Assembly (NCBI RefSeq): GCF_000497125.1
Contig: NC_090603.1
Coordinates: forward strand, 930,001-994,000
Origin: Spironucleus salmonicida
Lineage: Eukaryota
Direction of reading: 5' to 3'
DNA length: 64,000 nt
How positions within the stretch are numbered: the first letter of the stretch is position 1; every line of letters begins with the position of its first letter. The notes beneath the pieces were generated by a model, which had not been told where the DNA came from, did no database searches, and saw only the letters and a program-made list of their open reading frames with translations. This document shows, in pieces, positions 13,267-26,242 of the stretch. The position numbers and the translations under genes were made by a program.

Positions 13267-13302
13267 TCCCTTCCTTTTTAACCTCCCCTCCCCTCCTCTA
13301 AA
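13267..13302 (+). promoter_or_regulatory. C-rich pyrimidine tract immediately upstream of ATG (candidate promoter element)
   Basis: tcccttcctttttaacctcccctcccctcctctaaa directly before ATG 13303. A C-rich upstream motif has been described for Spironucleus genes (recalled, not verified). Confidence 0.4.
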
Positions 13303-14337
13303 ATGAAGATCAAGTGCCTGCTGCCAATCCCAAACCGCGGCCTCACAGTTCACAATGTTCCGTCGAACAAGTCATTTTACCAGCTTTTTGAAGCTGAATT
13401 GGCTACGCTGGATATCCGGAAGCACGTCCTCACAGACTCGTACGGGAAGCCGTTTTCAGTGTCTCAGCCGCTATGCGAAATCGGTGCCTACCCCGGCATC
13501 TCATTCGAGTTGAAGCTGGTGCCGGAGGTCGAAAAAGGCGCGTTCCAGATCCGGGCGCACGCCGGTGCCGCGCTGAACTTCAAGGTCAATCTGACCGAAT
13601 TTGGCATGCTAAACATGCAAATCTGCGCCGACCGGCACGCGATTTTGAAAAATTTGTTAATGGAGCGGAAAATCGAATTTGATTTTGATTCTATAGACGC
13701 TGTATATTAAAAATGTAGATTTTCGCTGAATAGCACGCTTTCGGGCATGAATTTGCAGGAAAACGCCGAAATTTATATCACACGCAGGCTACTACCATAA
13801 GAATACTGCGAGTAGTCTGCTGATATAACGAATCGCGATTTGGTGATTTTTGCGGCGGAGCGGGCGGCCTGGAGCGAGGCATGCGGGGCCGACAAGCTCA
13901 CGACACCAGAGGAGCGCAGGGAGCTCTATTTAGCGCGTGCGAGGGCCAAAGGGGTGCTAAAAATCAAACTCATCCAGAACGCGCTGCGGTGCCTGAAAAT
14001 CGTGGAAATGGACCCGTTAGGCACGCAGTTCGACTTGGTTATGCGCGTCCGCGCGTTCGTAGCCTCCAGGTGCACGAATTTGGACGAGGAGGAAACCGCT
14101 GTTCTGATTTCCGAAATGGAGGTACGAAAGGGTGTAAGCGGCATGGTTATCGATCCGAACCAGTGCGAGCTTTTTGAGCTCTTTAACGAGGCCGATGGGA
14201 CAGTTCAGATCGTGTGCTCAGTAGAATTGGGAGAGGTGGTGGAAGCGAAAATGGAAGCAGCAGAGGCGGTCGATAATGAATAAGCGTAGGTTGTAGTGGT
14301 CGAAAATAAGTTCGGGTCAGCAGGGAGAAAATTATGA
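13303..14337 (+). CDS. Protein with probable tandem ubiquitin-like (beta-grasp) domains, possibly TUG/UBX-like, 344 aa
   Basis: Track ORFs 13303-13710 and 13840-14283 join in frame through TAR codons. Two Ubl-like segments (MKIKCLLP...PLCEIGAYPGISFELKL; FQIRAHA...STLSGMNLQENAEIYI). Confidence 0.55.
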
Positions 14338-14384
14338 TTTAATGACATTATCGTATAATATTAAGTTTGTATATTCGCGGAAAA

Positions 14385-14795
14385 ATGGACGATTTGTTTC
14401 ACTCGTAGGTTTCTGATATTTTGGTCTAGGCATAAAATCTAGAATATTTTGTAGAGACTAATACTAGGGAGGCAACCCATAAGCCAGCGTCTTACTAGGA
14501 TAAATTGGATTCAATTTTGAAACCAGGAGAAAAATCGCCGTCATTTATTGGCTAATAGCGGATATTGCACGATGCGCTGATTTAGGCTGATAAAAATAAG
14601 AAAAAATTAGACCAATAGAGAAAAAGACTCGAAAATTTAATGGATCCCTCGTAGCGAAAACTTGCTCAGAGTGAAATTGGTAATGTCTAACCAATTATTA
14701 AGGAAAAACGAGTTAAGGAGCTAGGCCGAAATATAATTAATATTTAAGACGTATTAGATGAAAAAATTAAGGAATTAGGTGGTACAATTTACTGA
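14385..14795 (+). CDS. Hypothetical helical protein, 136 aa
   Basis: ATG 14385 to TGA 14793-14795, open with TAR=Q. Confidence 0.6.
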
Positions 14796-14804
14796 TAATT
14801 ACTT

Positions 14805-15011
14805 TCACTTAATAAAGTACTAATGATTTAATTTTTATCCCACTTTTATTCCTAGTGTCCCACTAATACTCCGTCTATATAGTTTTGGATCCCGCATAAA
14901 AAGACTCATTGACCTTCCAAAATCAACATCTTAGTCTTTACTGTTAGCATAACTTAACTGCAATGATTGGCTCATTGCATGATATGTCCTTGGTGTTTAT
15001 GATTTTCTCAT
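14805..15011 (-). CDS. Small hypothetical protein, 68 aa
   Basis: AAAATG start context, ends AAG-TGA, fills the gap between neighbouring genes. Confidence 0.35.
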
Positions 15012-15072
15012 TTTAGAATATTATAATGATATATAATAAATTATATAATATAAAATTCTTTCCAAAATCTCA

Positions 15073-15741
15073 ATGAAACGTTCAAAGTTGCTATCTGCCG
15101 ATCTTGACGTTCCTTTGAAGCCATCAACTAGCAAACCATAACCAGCAAAATCAGTTAAATTTAAACCAAAAGGGCCGGTAAAATCTTAAAATTCTACTAT
15201 TAATGAATCGAATCCGGCTTAGTCATCATTGAACTCTATGTCTGCTTCTTCAAACTATTTTAATGAAAATAAACCTGCAAAGCTAGAACGATCTAGAAAT
15301 TACACTGAATCTCTATAAAAGCTCAAAAGTTTGGAAAGAAAAGTTAAAAAATCAGCTGATTAATGTATCAGGGAAGCTAATAAAATTGCTGATATGACGC
15401 AAAATAAAAAAGCAGACTATCATGATTTAGAACGAAACTAACCTGAATTTTAGCTTTTGGATCATTTCCGTTTTTTAAACGATCGAATTCTATAAGGTGA
15501 GGAAGAGGAAGTTCGGATGTCCTGTACGCCAGAAATGGTAGATGGAATTTATAGACGCTATTTACCAAGTACTATAGATCGAAGAAATGGAATAACCGTG
15601 GATGACTTATAGTAAGCATATTTGGGGGATTAGGTGGATAAATGTTTAGGGGAAGCTATGCGTGTTTTAATAGACACGCGTAATAAGCAAAATTAAAGTG
15701 CTGAATCTGATTTTCAAAAATTTAATAATAAAGGGAAGTGA
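15073..15741 (+). CDS. Hypothetical protein, 222 aa
   Basis: Open frame with a S/K/P-rich N-terminus; ends AAG-TGA. Confidence 0.65.
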
Positions 15742-17328
15742 GTGCTTGCTATATTTCAAAAGTGTATATTGTTCTAGAGAACTCGTTAATGATATATTGG
15801 AATTTGATCAAATTTTTATAAATTATTATTTTGAAAATATTTTTATGTTCCTATATAATTCAATTTTCAATTTGATCGGTATCGTACAAAACTAAGTTTA
15901 ACTTATTAATCTAACTTTACATTATTGCTAAATATAAGTCATTGAATATCACAAAGCTACATTTTATATGAAGCAAGCCTGTAAAGTATTATTAATAGTT
16001 TTAAAGATGATCCTAGCAAAATAGTTTCACATATAGGCACAATTAGTATATTCTGGATGACTACTACAAATAAAAATTAAACAATTAAGTTTTATAATTG
16101 GGATATAATACCTAATTATCACTATTTTATATCATTCATTAATTTGTTATTTGAATTTATTATTTTACTGTTTTTAAATTTACGGTATTTATAATTTATA
16201 GCTAAATATTCTCAAACTTTTAGTAATATAAATTTTATTATAATAATAAATTAAATGAATAGCATAGTGATATAAAAATAGTTTTAAATATAATATAAAA
16301 AAATTAATTTATTATGTATGCCGCTAGATAAAAGTAATATTATATATAAATAATGAAAAATTATCAGTATAATATTATATATAAATTTAAGATTTTCCTG
16401 ACTTATGATCAACTTAATTTTTATATACTAAGTCTTTAGATATAAAGTAAAAGTATATAGTGTAAAATTCTATTAGTAATGATATTTATTAATCAAAACG
16501 CTAGGTTCATTCTCAATAATTTCATCTTTAATAACATCAGATATTTACTTTAATTCTAAAAGAATAAAATTATCAGCATTTCATTAATTATGTCAAGTGA
16601 AGGTGAAGTTATTCGTGTGATTTATTAATTTTATTCTTAAATTATATGTTAAGGAATAATAAATTGATTAATATATTAGATGTATTAAAAAAAGCAATAT
16701 ATATATATGAAATCAATAACTCTGATCAAAATATGCACTATTCTACTAAATATTTCATTTCATAAATTTGCTATTATCCTATAGTCTAAAGGAAGAAACG
16801 CCATAATACTTCTTTCATGTGGACTACGAAATTAAGTAACTAAGGATATAACAAATTTTAGAAGATTATATACACTTTAAATCTTTTCTTAATTCATAAA
16901 ATCTTGAATTTTTAGCCATATATTATAATTATAATCAGTTATTATGAATTTTGGAATAAATTAATTTTACTATTTTTTAAAAACTATAATAATTTATCAT
17001 CAAATTTATAATCTAAGAAAATATTTAATGGTTTTTAATTTGAAAATATAGTAAAACTAGATTCATACTAATATAACTTATAATATGAGAAAAATTAATA
17101 TTCCAACTGAAAAGATAATATTATAAGTAAATTTTAAAATATATATTTCCACCTTAATAATAAGGTAATATTTAACCATATATACTTAAAATTATCTTTA
17201 TAATTGAAACATTAATCCTGTATATTTATAGAAGTTAAGTAAAATTTTGATATGTGGTTTAAGTTTTTTTAAGGATTAACATAAAATAACTAACTATTTA
17301 GATTTTATAACTCCATTTCCTTATCAAA

Positions 17329-18822
17329 ATGAAAACTTACAAGGCTTATACAGCATCAGCTATGATGATTAATTTTGCAATAGGTACTGGAGTACTTAAC
17401 CTACCAAAAACAGTTGCTAGAGCTTCTATCATAGTTTCATTTATTTTACTTACCATTGTAACATTTGGGGCATATCTACTTGGCAGATATACTTTAGATG
17501 CATTAGCAAGAACTTTTGCTATTAAAAGAGCTCAGTAATGTCTAAAAGAGTAGATATCTACTACAACTGCTACTGCTATACCTAATATTGAAGAAAATAT
17601 AGTTTTACATAATGGGTAAGAGGATACTGTAATGCAGACCGAACCTGATTATTCCTTACCTAATGATTATACATATGAATTCTCTGAATTATGTGAGATT
17701 CACTGGGGTAAAGCTGGTTTTATCATTTATCAAATCACAATTATTCTCTATATTTTTGGCACACTTTGGGGTTATACTTCAGTTGTTGCTCAATCAATGA
17801 GTTCTGTTGTTCCTTTCGGTTCAAATTGGGAATGTGCTGATCCTTGCGGTACCAGCTATGCTCATTTATGTAATGTTGCTTATTATGTTTGGACTTATGT
17901 TGCTTTAGTCTATTGTTCTATCATGATATTTTTCGATCTTTCTAAGTAGAAAATATTATAAGCAATATTTACTATATTTAGATTTGTATCCGTTGGTGGA
18001 ATTGCTTTGATTGCTTTTATTGCCATTTTTATAGGGCCATTTAATACAACCTCTGTAACACCAGCTCCACCAGTTGTTAGTAAGACTGCTTATATATAAG
18101 ATACACCTCTTTTTGCATTCACGGTTCGTAGCTTTGGGTCTATATTTTCATCATCAACCTTTGCTATTATTCTGCATCATTGTATTCCCAATGTTCTCAA
18201 GCCAGTTTAATCGGAATAGTAGAAATATTTGAACCATTCTTTCACCGGTACATTTGTCTTTTTATATTTCATCATGGCTTTTGTTGCATATCCTTCTGCT
18301 TTATATTTCGGCACTGAGGGTAGCCAACTGATAACTCTGAACTTGATCAAATGGGATGGAAAAAATTGGAACGCTACCTCTTAGCCTGTGTGGGCAGCCA
18401 TCATCGCTTATGGCATTCGTGTTCTCCCTCCTATCTATGTTTTAGGGGCTATCCCAATTAACGGATTCTCCATGTGCTATAATGTTTTAGCGATTTTCCC
18501 TTAGATGAGAGAGAAAAAATGGTTTGCTGCAGTTATCAAACTTGTGTGTGTTATTCCACCAATGATTTTGGCTGGATTCTTCAGATGTATAGGTGATATC
18601 ATTGATTTAACCGGACTCTTTGGATTTATTATCTTAGTAAGCCCTGCTTTTATTTTAATCAAGGCTAAGAAGACTACTAAGTAATTGTTTGGTTCAGTTA
18701 AGACATCTTATTCTGGATTCTGTGATTAAGACTGGCTTATTATAGTCGTTATGTGCTTTAATGGAATAGGCTTTGGATTTACTCTTTTCGCCGTCATAAT
18801 GAATTTCATTGGGCCCCCATGA
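17329..18822 (+). CDS. Amino-acid transporter (AAAP/Aa_trans family, TMEM104-like), 497 aa
   Basis: INFAIGTGVLNLP in TM1, YEFSELCEIHWGKAG, FAIILHHCIPNVLKPV, roughly 11 hydrophobic segments. Confidence 0.88.
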
Positions 18823-18870
18823 GTAATTTATTTTTAATACATTTATTATATAATATGCCACCACAACTAA

Positions 18871-20631
18871 ATGGAATCCAGCAACCTGGACCTGGCATCG
18901 TTACAAAAGTAGCTAAAGACGCAGAAGCAACGCAATTCTGGCCTATTGCACCAGCTGGACATCATGAGGTCAGAATCACAGGACTAGCTCCTGCATCTCA
19001 CCAACCAGTACGAGAAGAAAATGTAATTCCTGTCGCAGACGTCCATAGACACCTCTCAAACCACACCAAGTGAGGTGATCCCGCTATTTGACTCCGGATT
19101 AGCCTCATTTTCTGCCACAGACCCGCTGCGCTTCGTGACCTCCAAGAAGGCAGTCCACGAGAAGTTCGAGCTCCCGCCAAAGAAACCCCGTAAGTCCCCG
19201 AAACGCTCAAGACTGTAGAATGACACAACGTCCATTTCTGCTTCAGAATCCCGCGACGTTTTAGACCTTCACACGTCGCCATCTGAAATTCAGCTACAGA
19301 AGCCGTGGCAGAGGCAGTCGCCCATCGATACCATGACCACAACGAAGCCGCTATTTGATGTCTTCCTGCATGACCTGCAGGAGGCACCAACCCCAAAGTT
19401 GGTCACAGAAAAAACACAGGCGCAGCTCGAGGCACACTTTCTGGGCGCCCAAATAGAGAAATTGCGCCTAGACCTGAAGCGCGAGAGGCAGACATCGTTG
19501 GGGCACAAGTACCGCGCGGACGTGTACCTGAAGAAGTACCGGTAACTGGACGCACAGAACGAAGCGTTGCGGGGCGAGCTTTTCAGCCAGGCCGAAACGG
19601 CAGAAATCGCGCACAGGGAGACTGAGCGGTAGCTAGAAATTGAGGGGCTGCAGAGCGAGCTAGCGCTCGCCCGTGAAGAGCTCGAAATTGCGAAAACGGA
19701 CAACGAGCAGAACTTCGACGTGCAGGCAGACCTGCGCCAGCAGCTTGGTAAGCTCAAATACGAAGTTTTCGCTTCCCAGAAGCAGGCACGCAAATTCCGT
19801 GATTTGCGCGACCAGGGTCATATTCAGTATCAGAAAAGCGAGGTGCAGCGGCGCGAGAGCCTGCGGGAGTATGCGTAGTTGTAGAGGCGTGCGGGGGCGT
19901 CGAAAGGTGTAAGCCGGGTTGTTGAGTTTGGGGTTCAAGTTTGTTAGGTTGGGAGCGATTTTGGAGTCTAGACCGTTAGTCTGGGCGGAGGAAGCGTGTG
20001 TAGACCGGTTGTCCGGGAGGTTGTGGAATGTGACTAGAGCGATAAACGGCAGAAAATACAAAATCTGGAAAAAGCAGTTCTAAGCAAAATTTGCGACGCA
20101 CGACAGATGCTGGTTCATTTTAATTAGCTACAGCGAGAATAAGCTATAACTATACCCAATAGAATCAGATAAAACACAGAGTTACCAGCGTGCTAAAATG
20201 TGATTAAGTTGCTTTGCTAATTTTCAGCTGAACAAAAATAATAGTTTTTTAAGGTTGTCAGCCCTGTTGATATAATAGACCATCTGAATTCTCGTAGTGA
20301 ATATCATCTTTAACTATAACTGGTTTTTCCAGAGATTTTAGTAAGTAATATTATTATAAATTTACAGACAGGATGGTGCCAAGATCTGGAGTTATTTACC
20401 AGAAATTCACTTTTTATTAAATATGATAACGAAATTTAATTCTTTTGTGTAAATAGCTAGAGAGACTTGTAGTTTTCAACAATATAATATTAGTCTGATG
20501 AATCCGATACTGTTTTCTAAATATGGATAATGACATAACTATTTTTTATTTTAGTAGGTGGAAAAGTAGTCCAGGAAACCGATACATTGATTTATTACAT
20601 GTTAAATAATGTGAAAATAATTGTAATTTGA
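18871..20631 (+). CDS. Coiled-coil protein, hypothetical, 586 aa
   Basis: ATG 18871 (MESSNLDLASLQKQ), open to TGA 20629-20631; includes track ORF 19333-19545. Confidence 0.72.
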
Positions 20632-23600
20632 TCATTTCATTTTTTTACTTGTTTCGTCCTTAAGTAGGAAACTTAGCTATTCAAACCATGTTCCACCAAA
20701 TATGCCGCTACCAAATTGCAAGAGGGCTTGATTCCCATTATCTATAATATTAAAAGAGTCAACTTATTCATCTTCGTCCATACCAACTTTTAACATTTCT
20801 TCAGTTAGCTTATATCCAGTTTTACTTACTGAGCTACTTCTTTCAAATGTAATACAAAAATCAAAAACAATTTGTACTAATGCTGGATTAAAATACTAGC
20901 TGAATATCGGTTAAATATTTTCCATAAACTACCTCGCATCGTTAACCATTTAACTTCCCTTAGGATTAAAGGTGGTGCAATTTTTAAACAGTAAACGTAT
21001 ATCCGTTATAATCTGATATAAACTTGTATATTATAAAGTAATAGTTTTAAAATGTATTAGCTTAAAGCTTATAGGTTTTTAAATAACTTTATAATAACTA
21101 GGTAAAATTTTTGCATTAGGGAGTTACCAGAATGGATATGAATTTCTATATTAAATATTTGATCGTGGTATAAGAACTTGTGAAAATGATAAACTAAACA
21201 ATTAGTGAATAATAGCTAGTATCTTAGCATTAAAATCTACAACTAGTCTAGATGGTAACTGGTTTGTTAAAAGTTGCAAGTTATCATAACTCTCTATTAA
21301 ATTTTAGTTATAATAAAATTACATAACTTAATTTTCAATTTATATTTTGAAGCTTGCCATTTAAAATTAATATTACGAATTTAACTTTTACATTTGAAAC
21401 ACAATATCTTTATTAAACTATTACATAACATTTTCAGTGTAGTTTAAACCAGCAAATATCTAAAAATAACTTATTTATTTAAATTTATTATCAAGTAGTG
21501 GATAAAACTCTGCATATTTTAATAGATTTACGTTCTTATAGAGTGGTTATTCTTATTGTAAGTTTAGCAAATCAATAAAATCCATTATATCATCTTAAAA
21601 ATCTAATTCTCTTACATTCAGATAAATGTTAATGAATTTTGATTCTGACTGTTGCTAATTAACCCCCTAATTTTTGACGACTGTAATCTTCTTATTCTGT
21701 TACTCAAACTTATTTAATTATTCCTTCTTATTATTACCAGTTTCCTTATTTCTGTCGCTTATTCCTCCACTCCCAGAATCACCCCCTTTCATAAATTCCC
21801 CTAATACAACGTCTCCAACGTTTCCACCAATAAATACCGCTGGGACGTCGCTTTCGACGGCAGGTCTATCTCCATACTTATCTCGGAACTCTACTTCAAT
21901 GCCTTCGTCAACCTCGTTAAAAATTCGTATTTCCTATTCATTTCTTGATATTTTTTCATTGATTTCAGAATTGCTCAAAAGTTGAATTTTAACCGAATTT
22001 TGTTAATTCAAAATCTCAATCAATAATTCTTTCTTACTAATTAGCTTGTTTTGGCTAAGCTCCCCGGCATCTAAAATGCTTTGTGCCATTTGCAACTTCG
22101 AGCTCGCAATATCAAGAATCTTCTATTCCAACTGAGTGTTGCTGAAGAGCTTAATAACTTTTACAGGTTTCAGCTGACCTATTCTATATACGCGATCCTA
22201 GGCCTGAAGGTCATAAAATGCGTTAAAATCACAGTCAAATATAATAACGGTATCAGCTGACTAGAGGTTCAAACCATGTGATGCTGCCCTGGTAGAGAGA
22301 AGGAACACGAAGTATTTAGAGTCTGTCGCATTAAAGTCGTTTACCATTTTGTTTCTGTCTGCGTCTTTGACATCTCCATCAAATTTCAAAAAATTGAAGT
22401 TTTTATATGTTAAAAAATCCGCAAGAATATTCAATACTGATTTAAATTACGAGAAAATGAGGACACGGTGATTAGTTTTCTTAAATTTTATTAAGAGATT
22501 ATTAAGCAGATTGAGTTTTCCAGAATATCTAGCTAGAGCATCTCCAAGAAAAACTTATTAAAGGAATGGTAGTTGTTAGGAATTAGAAAACGTGTTAATC
22601 TAACTATTTAGAGTAATTTCCTATTATTTTTTATAAAGCGTAGTATTTTTAAGTCTGTTATCATTTTCGAATGTTTGGGCATTTTTAAGCAAAAATCCAT
22701 ATAGTAAATCTAGCTAAGTGCCTTCTAAACCTAAATAAGGGTGATTGCATACTTTTCGTAGATACATGTCAACATTTCTAATGAACTTTTTGGGTAAAGC
22801 TGCAGAGGATGCTAATGATTCTGTATAGAAATTTGAAGAAAGAATCCGCTATGCTTCTGTGATCGACAGAGTATAAAGATAATTTTATAGCCCTGACAAA
22901 GGAACTCTTAAAATTACTTCATCTTTAGGTGGCAATTAATCTAACACATCAGATTTAATTCTTCGAATCATATACGGTTTGATAATACCATGTAGTCTGT
23001 AAATAATAAACATCTTTTCGTTGTCATTAAGTTAATCTTACACTTATGTGGTTGTTGATATTGAGGGTTCTATAATCTCAGTGGCATCAGTCCCATCATT
23101 GACATCAGTATCTCCTAAATCATCAACTTCATCTTCTTGATCATCAAAATATTATATAGATCTAGAAAATATTTTCCCAAATACCTAATCAAATTTATTG
23201 AAATCATCAAATACTGAGCCATGTATAAATTATAATAATGTGAACAATTCTCTTATATTATTTTAAAGTGGTGTTCCACTTAACAATAATCTAAATCTAC
23301 AAGTGATATCATTTCTCAAAACGCCAATAAGCTTACTTTTTCCATTTTTGATACGGCTAGCTTCATCAACAATAACACAATCAAATGTGAACTTCTTGAA
23401 AAATGCTTTATCCTAAATAACATAATCGTACGTAGTAATAATGCAATTATAGTATCCACTTCGATTTAATATATCTTGCTTAATTTTTTCGCGATCAACT
23501 CCCTTATATACAGCGACATTGAAGTTTGTTGAAAAACGTCTAAACTCTTTTTCCCAATTTTCAGAAACGGCTAATGGTGCAATTATCAGATGTGGATTTG

Positions 23601-24567
23601 ATGTAATCCGTTTTTCATGCAAATAAATTAAAAAAGCTATTGACTAAAGTGTTTTACCTAGACCCATGTCGTCAGCCAAACTTACACCCTATACATACTT
23701 TCCAATAGCTGGTTACGACTGTAAAACGTTTGAGTTGTACATTGATACTAGAAAATTCAAACACTCTATTTAGTAGCTTTTCATTGTAACATTTTTCAAC
23801 GTTACAGGCTATTTTATAGTCTCTGTGAATGCCCTGCTGTGTACTTTATTAAAAATTGCTTCTTCAATATTATTCTCCTATCGTAATATTGCTTCATCTA
23901 TACTAAGTTTTTATAAAATTTGCATATAAAAACTTGACATTTGATGTAAAACCTTGGTAAATAATTAGGATGTACCTACTTGAGTGAACTATTGATTAAA
24001 ATAATCTAAAAGTACACTGAAAATCTAGTCTTAATTCAATGATTGTATAGTTTGGTTTGATACAATTTACGTCTTTTAATTACGTTTTTTACGACTTTAT
24101 TCTGCTGCCATGACTGCTGATGGTTTAAAATCTCCGAAAAATAGTACTGAAAGTTGTGAAATTCGGTTATTTATAGCTTGCTATGATAATAATCTGGATG
24201 TAATCCTAGAATTGAGAGATAAGTGTTGAGAACTAACAGATAAAAGTAGTGACTATTTTGAATTCGGATTTTTTGTAAATTTTTAGTGCATTATTGGATT
24301 TAGTGCATAAAACGGATCTGGGATCATGTTGATTGGAATATTTCTTGTAGAAAGCAATGATTAATTTTAGAGCTACTTATTAAGTGCAAACTAATATTAA
24401 GATTTTTCTTAGCAATTTAAAAAAATCTCACGGCTTAAGTACCTAAGGTGTTAAAATTGAGATTAAGTTGGTTTTATATAAGGTTATTCAATGTAATTGT
24501 AATAGGTATATTTTTGTGGTATAAACTAATCTTCTTGTTGTAATAATTTTTCAAAGATATCGTTCAT
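20632..24567 (-). CDS. SNF2: Snf2/Brahma-type chromatin-remodelling ATPase with C-terminal bromodomain, 1311 aa
   Basis: LADDMGLGKTLQ, VDEASRIKN, LLLSGTPLQNN, HRVLIFSQF, LLSTRA..GLNLQSADTVIIFD, QAQDRVYRIGQ, SnAC-like NEKISRNEQEIRIF, bromodomain PFWQLP...YYKVIQKPI...LLFKNCTTFNPKGS, all in one frame. Confidence 0.9.
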
Positions 24568-24618
24568 CTGAATAGAAAAGTAAAATAAATATTAATATTA
24601 CTCATATAATATTAAAAT

Positions 24619-26100
24619 TCACTATTTTTATTTTGCCATTGGTGGTAGTTATAATTTCTTTTTTGGTTTTACATCTAGTGGTTTTTTAACTGCTAGTTCT
24701 CTATCGAAACTAGCAGGCTCAATTCCATGTAATTATGCGCTATTTTCGCTGTTGTCTTACTTATCTCCTTTTACTAACTTTTTAAGTTTTTCTAACTATT
24801 CAGCACCAGAATCTAGGCGGGCTAGTTTTTCATGAAAAGCTTATTTATCTTAACTTTTGATATGATGAAATATATTAAATATTACCTCAAATTAAATATT
24901 CGAATTTGTAAGCTCAGCTCCAAATAAATCTTCTTGTAAATCAAGTGTTTATCCGAAAGCACTATAACCGTAATATACCCTTTGTGCTTAAAATCTGTCA
25001 TACTTTGGAACTAAAAAATTATTTTAGGTGATATATCTACCTGGTTACAATGGTAAAAATATTTCTTAAAAACCGACATATTAGACTTGAAACTTATTAT
25101 AAACGGAATACAACTTTATGAAAAATTTTATTTATCCACATATAATTTCAAATTTATTAAAAAATAGCTATAATTCCGTAAGATCACAAAGTAACTAGTC
25201 ATATACAAGAATACGATTGCATTTGTTAAAGCTTCTAGACATTTATACCTAGCTAACCCCTTATTAGATAGATTCATATTTAATCTATGAGTTTCCTAGC
25301 TCTTTATTTTTATATACTCTAAACTCAAAAAAATACAACACTTTACGTTCTATATTTCGCATAATATTAAATTTAACATTTCCTCCAATTTAGAATAGAT
25401 TTTATGCTGTTATAAGTCTATTTTATAAGACAATTTGAGTTTTTAGTTGTAAATTTAGATATGGGTGTGTTCTAATATTGGAGTTTCGTATTCGGTTTAA
25501 TGATTAAATAATTGGACGATATGATACTTTTAAAGGAGGAGAGATTAAGTCTATAAAATTTTTTGACTTTATTAACTAGGAATGAAATTGAGACTTGGAA
25601 ATAAAACACCTGGTGCAAATTGAAAATCTGTTATTTTAAGTTGAGGTAAATGAAAGAAATGAAATACCTGGAATAATTCCTGTAGAATCCTATAAATTAG
25701 GTGTTGAAAGTGGTACTTATAACTGATTTTACCTATATCGTAGAGAAATAACCGGAAATATTTCATTTTCAAAAGTTCCTGTAAAAAGCATTGATGCATC
25801 TTATGCAAAATGATTTAATGTATTATTTTAACTATAAACTAACCCTAATTCTTCAAATTTTTATACAAATTTTTTGGTTAATAAATATGCATTGAGATGT
25901 TATTGTATTGACTTTGGAGCAAGATTAGGTTATTCTGAGCGTATAGAAAACTAAGCAGCAGTAGATGTGGAAGACGATTCAAATGGTAACATATCAAGCC
26001 ATTTGAACAGATAGTTCCATGTTATGGGTTATTCGTTAACTGATGTCGTTATATTAAGTTCAATTATCAAATCTTGAAGAAATTCTGAAGGGATATTCAT
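24619..26100 (-). CDS. B9-C2 domain-like protein, possible MKS1 homologue, 493 aa
   Basis: C-terminal IKFFIKLYSVYNKFQVQYVGFQEIFLPLQPGRY...LVPK...RVYYG resembles the B9 core (l.feV.S.D.w.r....GYg...lP..PG). Length and domain position fit MKS1. Confidence 0.45.
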
Positions 26101-26242
26101 TGTAAATTTTAGAATTATTTGTATTTATGAATAATAATGATATAATTTTATCAATGAAATATATGTTAACATATAAATTAACAGACTAAATACTTTATAC
26201 TTGTTTATTTTAAATATTTTGAAAAATATAGTTAAATAACAA

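Noticed and set aside
18855-19073. 72-aa ORF MPPQLNGIQQ... ending AAG-TGA
   Set aside because: It overlaps, out of frame, the long coiled-coil CDS starting at 18871, which better explains the region.
20632-21360. Stand-alone bromodomain gene from ATG 21360
   Set aside because: It is in frame with the upstream Snf2 ATPase with no intervening TGA, so it is that protein's C-terminal domain.
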